The translations under genes and the position numbers were made by a program. A stretch of DNA of 33,648 nucleotides from Campylobacterales bacterium (GTDB lineage: Bacteria > Campylobacterota > Campylobacteria > Campylobacterales > Sulfurimonadaceae). The notes below the pieces were generated by a model. It was not told the DNA's origin. It saw nothing but the letters and a program-made list of their open reading frames with translations, and did not search any database. Positions 28,758 through 33,648 of this stretch are shown piece by piece (within the stretch, counting starts at the first letter, position 1; each line of letters opens with the position of its first letter). Where the stretch lies: positions 1-33,648 of the forward strand of contig JBBRBK010000018.1 in assembly GCA_038205935.1 (NCBI GenBank), written 5' to 3'.

Positions 28758-29211
28758 CTACTTTTCCTTTATTTATATCAACTTTTTTACTGTTTTCGAG
28801 AATGGTATCTAGCACTTTAAAAAAAGTCTCTATTTCATTCTCAGTCAATTTATTTTTTATAGCTTCATTAAATTCTTGTGCCATCGGTATTGCAGATTTT
28901 AATATCTGTTCTGCTTGTGGCGTTAATGAAATTCTATTTGCCCTTTTATCACTCTGAAGATCTTCTCTGACAAGTAAACCTTTTTTAAAAAGCGAATCAA
29001 TCGACCTACCCACCGTAGTCTTATCTTTACCAAGCAGCTCAGCTATTTGTGTCTGTGTGACTTCATTGTCCTCACTAACGATCTTTAAAGTCGCAAATTG
29101 CTCTGCTGCAACACCGTATGCCGGTTGTAAAAGTTTTGTAAAATTTGTTTTCATCGTCGTTGCTACAAGATTTATTCTGTATCCGATAGAATCTTTTAGC
29201 ACATATGCCAT
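28741..29211 (-). CDS. MarR-family transcriptional regulator
   Basis: TQTQIAELLGKDKTTVGRSIDSL...GLL...DKRA...LT winged helix; RBS GGAG. Confidence 0.92.
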   Translation of the reverse strand: MAYVLKDSIGYRINLVATTMKTNFTKLLQPAYGVAAEQFATLKIVSEDNEVTQTQIAELLGKDKTTVGRSIDSLFKKGLLVREDLQSDKRANRISLTPQAEQILKSAIPMAQEFNEAIKNKLTENEIETFFKVLDTILENSKKVDINKGKVDEVIE

Positions 29212-29241
29212 ACACTCTCCAAATCATAAAATTTTCAAAAT

Positions 29242-29257
29242 AGTAGCATATGCAACT
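29242..29257. promoter_or_regulatory. Probable MarR operator
   Basis: AGTAGCATATGCAACT, a 16-bp inverted repeat with one mismatched pair, about 30 nt upstream of marR. Confidence 0.65.
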
Positions 29258-29297
29258 TTAATGAAATTTAAAATAAAAATCTAACTCCGGCTAGTGT

Positions 29298-32200
29298 CTA
29301 AAAATCCCAATCATCTAGCGGAGATTTCTTCTCTTCGATGATGTTTATCTCAAGCTCATCGTCCTTACATGTAGAGTGAGTAAGTTCTTTGGGCTGCTTT
29401 AGTATCTCTTCATATTCAAGCTGTAAACCTTTTGATGTCATTACAAATCCGCTTACTTTGACTTTGCCATCGTGGATAAGCCTGTGATGCTCTTTACAAA
29501 GAGGCACAAGATTGTGTTTGTGATCTTGATGAAAATGCCCGATAAAACCAGCTTTATCTGAAAGTGACTGCCCAGAGATATGATGCACATCTTCTGCTAT
29601 CGCGCCACAGATAATACATTTTGTCACATATAATTCTTTGTTATATTTACTTGTTTTTTTCTTCACTAAAAGTTCAAGCTCATCAAAATCGTTTGCAAGA
29701 CGTTTACGGATGGAGTTCGCCGTATCTAAAAATTCCTCATCCATGTGAAGCGATTTTGCAAACTCTAATCCATAAATACTGCTTCCGCTTCCGCTTTGAA
29801 GGACACGATTGAAAAGGAGCAAATCTTTTGCCTCATCATACTCTACACTCAAATGCAGATCGACTACGTTTTTAAGACGTGTTAGTTCCTGCATGGTAGA
29901 AAGCTGATGCAAGTGTGTAGCAAAAAGAAATATACTTCGCAGTTTTGCCAGTTTGATAATCGCACTTGCGACTATGGCAACGCCTGAAAGTGTTTCTGTG
30001 CCGTGAGATATTTCATCTCCGAGCACTAAAGATTTCACTGTTGCGCGGTTAAAAATATTTTTGAGTTCTACCATTTCCACAGCAAAAGTCGAAAGCCCTT
30101 TTGCAAGATTATCACGTGAGACGATGCGTGTAAAGATAGATTCAAAAAGAGAAAATTTCATCGCCGCCGCACTCACAAAAAATCCGCTTTGAGCCATCAA
30201 AATAGCAATGCCGATACTCTTCATCAAAGAAGATTTTCCACTTGAGTTGATACCATACAAAAGTACACCGTTGATATCGTGACCATCGTGTACATGGACA
30301 TCAAGCATTACCGTTGTCGGATATGGCAAGTCCATATAATCACGGTTTCCCATAACGATGTCGTTTGGTATATAGATGCCACGGCTTTGTTGGAGTTCAA
30401 TAAGAGGATGACGCAACTGCATAATCTGCATAAAATTCTCATCATCGCCAACATCGACTATCATCGGACGCGAATGGTTATAAAGTTGAGCGACTTTAGA
30501 AGAACTTACCGCCACATCCAAGTCAGCGACATAGCCGATAATACGATCAAAAAGCAGAGCATAACGATGCTCGTACACGCTTTGAAGCTGAGTATACCGC
30601 TCTTTTACAAGTGCTACTATCTTAGATTTATTTCTCATAATCTTGTCAGAGAGTTCATCTAAAAGCGGCGAGGTTATCTTGACATTGTTCGTAAGCTTTT
30701 TCACACTAAACGCAGAAAAGCTTACATGTATGCCTTCGATCTCGATGCTATGAGTTTTAAAAACGGTTTCGATGAGCGCATATCTATTTTTACTCAGCGT
30801 AATATAGTAACCCTCTTTATCAAGTACGCCAAGTGCCACACTTCCACTAGAATTATTTGAAGTAACTCCGTTAATAAGTCCTTGAATAGCGTCCATGATA
30901 ATATTGAAACTTTGCAACATATTAGTATTTTCATCCACAAGAGTATCCACATTAAAATCTACGCCTCTCATCAAAAAGTTCTCATCAATGGTGGCTTGCG
31001 TAAAGCGTCGTGAAATATCAAGATCGATACTTTTATAAATATCGCGCAAGAATTCATCTACTTCACTCTCGCTAAAAGTGGCTTTTTGTATCTTATGCTT
31101 TTTGATGTAATCCATCAACTCTTTCACATTTATCATTGACTCATAGATGTGGTTTATCTCAAAAGGATGCAAACGTCCAAGATCAAGGCGGCGGGAAAGA
31201 CGCTCTAAATCATAAATTCCTCGCATTGTCTCTTCGAGATATCTTGTGTGGGAGTTTACTTTTTCTATGAGGTTATAGCGGCGTGTTAACTCTTCGCTCT
31301 CCATGATAGGATTTAAAAGTCTCTCTTTTAAAAGTCGACGTCCAATGGCTGTAGCACTTTTATCAAGCATCTTTAAGAGCGTGATCTCATTACGATCTTT
31401 TGAGATGATAGAGAGCTGTTCAAGGGCATTGTTTCCAAGATACATGTAACGACGATTATCAATGATACGAGGACGGTCAAGTTTTTGGATAATATGAACA
31501 TCATGTTCGATAACAAAATGGATTAAAATAGCCAAAGATTGAGAGATCATTGGTGAACGCTCAAGATCAAGATGTTCTATAGGTGAGAGAAGTGATTTGA
31601 TTTGATAAACTTTTTTAAAAAGCTCGTTTTGATAATCAATACGCGGGATATCGTGATTAACAGTGTAGTGATAATGCTCTGGGATTTCCAAATAATTTAA
31701 CACTGCCCTTTGATCATCCACACCATCTAAAAATGTGAGTACAACTTCACTTGTTTTATAAATATTTAAAAGATTAAATACTTCATCAAGCGCATAAGAT
31801 TGATCTTCACTACTACCATGCGTTTCATAAAGCCAAGTTTTGCCTGTTGTTATATCGATAGCACTGTAGCCGACTGTATAAATATCTCTATGTTTGTCCA
31901 CCAAAAGGGAGACGATATAATTGTCATCATTATCTATCGTGTAATCAAAGTTCGTACCCGGAGAGATAATCTGTGAAATATAGCGACTGATCTTTGGAGG
32001 TTTTCCGCGTTGCTTCACAACAACAACTGTATATTTTTGCTCTTGAATAAGACGATTTAGGTAACGTTCAAATGAAACAGCTGGAACACCCGCTAAGAGA
32101 GGATTTTTTGCGGAGTTTTCTATAATTGATTTATTTTTCTTTGTAAGCTGAATATTTAATAGCTCAGCTATCTCTTTTGCTTTCCCTATTTGTAGTTCAT

Positions 32201-32360
32201 CATTATTAACTTCATAGACTTCAAAAAATGTCCCGATTTCCATAAAGACGACCGTATCATTACCATATTTTTCTTCAAAGTGGTTTTGAAGGTCGAAATA
32301 TATCTCGGTCAATAATTTGTTATTTTGATCTAAAAGTTTATCTATCTCTGATGACAACAT
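29298..32360 (-). CDS. MutS-family protein with C-terminal HNH endonuclease (MutS7-type)
   Basis: Mismatch-binding EIGTFFEVY, AGVP, TAIGRRLL, LRHPLIE, Walker A GINSSGKS, STFAVEM and DEISHGTE. C-terminal CIICG...VHHI...NLVPLCKEHHRLIH. Start 32360 preferred; 32375 and 32384 are alternatives. Confidence 0.9.
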   Translation of the reverse strand: MLSSEIDKLLDQNNKLLTEIYFDLQNHFEEKYGNDTVVFMEIGTFFEVYEVNNDELQIGKAKEIAELLNIQLTKKNKSIIENSAKNPLLAGVPAVSFERYLNRLIQEQKYTVVVVKQRGKPPKISRYISQIISPGTNFDYTIDNDDNYIVSLLVDKHRDIYTVGYSAIDITTGKTWLYETHGSSEDQSYALDEVFNLLNIYKTSEVVLTFLDGVDDQRAVLNYLEIPEHYHYTVNHDIPRIDYQNELFKKVYQIKSLLSPIEHLDLERSPMISQSLAILIHFVIEHDVHIIQKLDRPRIIDNRRYMYLGNNALEQLSIISKDRNEITLLKMLDKSATAIGRRLLKERLLNPIMESEELTRRYNLIEKVNSHTRYLEETMRGIYDLERLSRRLDLGRLHPFEINHIYESMINVKELMDYIKKHKIQKATFSESEVDEFLRDIYKSIDLDISRRFTQATIDENFLMRGVDFNVDTLVDENTNMLQSFNIIMDAIQGLINGVTSNNSSGSVALGVLDKEGYYITLSKNRYALIETVFKTHSIEIEGIHVSFSAFSVKKLTNNVKITSPLLDELSDKIMRNKSKIVALVKERYTQLQSVYEHRYALLFDRIIGYVADLDVAVSSSKVAQLYNHSRPMIVDVGDDENFMQIMQLRHPLIELQQSRGIYIPNDIVMGNRDYMDLPYPTTVMLDVHVHDGHDINGVLLYGINSSGKSSLMKSIGIAILMAQSGFFVSAAAMKFSLFESIFTRIVSRDNLAKGLSTFAVEMVELKNIFNRATVKSLVLGDEISHGTETLSGVAIVASAIIKLAKLRSIFLFATHLHQLSTMQELTRLKNVVDLHLSVEYDEAKDLLLFNRVLQSGSGSSIYGLEFAKSLHMDEEFLDTANSIRKRLANDFDELELLVKKKTSKYNKELYVTKCIICGAIAEDVHHISGQSLSDKAGFIGHFHQDHKHNLVPLCKEHHRLIHDGKVKVSGFVMTSKGLQLEYEEILKQPKELTHSTCKDDELEINIIEEKKSPLDDWDF

Positions 32361-32472
32361 TGTAGTCTTATCCATTTTTAACATGATTGTAACGTAATAG
32401 CGCTAACATCAATATTACATAAGGCTACAAGAGCTATACTGCAGAAAAATATTTATTATAAAGGCAAAAAAA

Positions 32473-32886
32473 ATGACAAGACCTAAACCACTTAATGAAG
32501 AGATGTTTTTTGATGGAAAAACTCTTATATCAGAAACAGACACAAAAGGCATTATCACTTTCGTCAATAGAAAATTTGTAGAGATGAGTGGCTACACAAA
32601 AGAGGAAGCTCTTGGTCAACCTCACAGTATTCTTCGACATCCAGATATGCCACGTGCTGCTTTTGCAGAGATGTGGAGAGTTGTCAAAAGTGGAAAGATG
32701 TGGGAAGGTTATGTAAAAAACTTACGTAAAGATGGAAAATTTTACTGGGTAATCGTGAATATAATTCCAAAATATGATGAAGAAAACAATATAGTCGGAT
32801 ACACTGCATCAAGAAAAGTTCCAAACAAAGATCATATCGATAGAATTACTACTCAATATAAAAAGATGATAGAAAAAGAAAAATAA
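32473..32886 (+). CDS. Stand-alone Aer/CetB-like PAS domain protein
   Basis: LISETDTKGIITFVN, HSILRHPDMP...MW, WEGYVKNLRKDGKFYWV; TATACT at 32435-32440 upstream. Confidence 0.88.
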   Translation: MTRPKPLNEEMFFDGKTLISETDTKGIITFVNRKFVEMSGYTKEEALGQPHSILRHPDMPRAAFAEMWRVVKSGKMWEGYVKNLRKDGKFYWVIVNIIPKYDEENNIVGYTASRKVPNKDHIDRITTQYKKMIEKEK

Positions 32887-32920
32887 AGGTATTTGAGCAT
32901 AGAGTAAAAGAGATGAAATA

Positions 32921-33340
32921 ATGCAAATAAGGGAAATCCAACTAGTAGAATTAACATTGGCATACGAAATAATAAAACAATATATGAACCATTTAACATA
33001 TAAGGAATATGAAGATTTGATATATCAAATGGTTAAAGAAAATTATAAAATTATTCTCTTACTCAATGAAGAAAAACCTATCACATATGCAGGTATAAAA
33101 ATAGAAACAAATTTATTAGAAAAAAGACATATCCGCATCTATGAACTAATGACGGATAAGAATGAAAATAAAAGTTATTATGAAGATCAAATGCTTTCAT
33201 ACTTAGTAGATTATACAAAAATAAATATGTGCAGCAACATCTTAGTCTCAACAAATTTAGATAATGGTATTAGTATGAAAATGCTAATTAGTAAAAATAA
33301 TTTCATTCAAACACAAGCTTTATATAGAAAAAATTTATAA
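32921..33340 (+). CDS. Divergent GNAT-fold-like protein
   Basis: MQIRE start, YKII...ITYAGI...RHIRIYELMT strand pattern; the acetyl-CoA glycine loop is not recognisable. Confidence 0.5.
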   Translation: MQIREIQLVELTLAYEIIKQYMNHLTYKEYEDLIYQMVKENYKIILLLNEEKPITYAGIKIETNLLEKRHIRIYELMTDKNENKSYYEDQMLSYLVDYTKINMCSNILVSTNLDNGISMKMLISKNNFIQTQALYRKNL

Positions 33341-33518
33341 ATATTATGAAATATAAAAAGCTATACATGTAAGTAAGCCAAGAATAAAATACTTAAATAT
33401 TGGTATAGAGACAAAGATAATATAGAGAAGTATAATTAGTATTGATTGATTAAAAAATGAGGATTAAAAGTAAGTAAGTAAAGGGATTGTAGTTATTATT
33501 ATTGTAAAAATCCGATGA

Positions 33519-33637
33519 ACTAGGCGGCGACCTACGTTTCCACACCTGAAAGATGCAGTATTATCAGCGATGGGAGGCTTAGCTTCTGGGTTCGGAATGG
33601 AGCCAGGCGTTTCCCTCTCTCTATAGCCACCTAGACA
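33519..33637 (-). rRNA. rrf: 5S ribosomal RNA
   Basis: Reverse complement reads TGTCTAGGTGGCTATAG...CCATTCCGAACCCAGAAGCTAAGC...GTAGGTCGCCGCCTAG. It has the conserved CCGAAC loop, the terminal helix CTAGGTGGC/GCCGCCTAG and a length of about 119 nt. Confidence 0.95.
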
Positions 33638-33648
33638 ATCGGATATAA

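Larger units (their letters stand above)
1763..33371. repeat. Dispersed palindrome TACATGTA (consensus CTTACATGTAAG), 12 copies
   Basis: Exact 8-mers starting at 1763, 6284, 7562, 10809, 14542, 16909, 18841, 21552, 29366, 30723, 31441 and 33364 (manual scan). Confidence 0.85.

Noticed and set aside
29298..29320. MutS7 C-terminal LDDWDF as a beta-clamp-binding motif
   Set aside because: Poor match to the QL[S/D]LF consensus; unsupported without an alignment.
1802..30662. Numerous 60-170 aa ORFs overlapping long genes (e.g. 15127-15492, 21946-22458, 30279-30662)
   Set aside because: They lie antisense or out of frame within well-supported CDSs and have no recognisable motifs.
1763..33371. TACATGTA copies as a CRISPR array, IS ends or a simple regulon
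   Set aside because: Spacing is irregular and kilobase-scale, there are no cas or transposase genes, and most copies are inside coding sequence.
33467..33503. Short (AAGT)3 and (TTA)n runs downstream of 5S
   Set aside because: Too short; low-complexity AT-rich spacer.

Overview
AT-rich chromosomal window from a sulfur-oxidising Campylobacterota (Sulfurimonas/Sulfuricurvum-like; inferred from gene content, sox gene order, MutS7 and the 5S rRNA). Most genes are on the minus strand. In order: a truncated CBS-PAS-GAF signalling gene; an operon of HlyD adaptor, MFS, split RbbA-like ABC transporter, YhhJ-like permease and LpxR-like barrel; a divergent hemerythrin/PAS gene behind a Crp/Fnr-type box; soxXYZAB followed by six exported accessory genes (OprD-type porin, SoxH-like hydrolase, thioredoxin, two DsrE, tandem DUF302) and preceded by a stand-alone Cache sensor plus two-component system; ridA, dapE; a MarR-RND efflux operon; MutS7 (MutS-HNH); a stand-alone PAS protein; a degenerate GNAT; and a 5S rRNA. 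The strongest unexplained signal is a dispersed palindrome, TACATGTA (consensus CTTACATGTAAG). I counted 12 copies by eye, roughly ten times the chance expectation, in all three reading frames of unrelated genes and beside intergenic hairpins. No mobile elements or CRISPR arrays were seen. All family calls come from motif recognition, not database searches.
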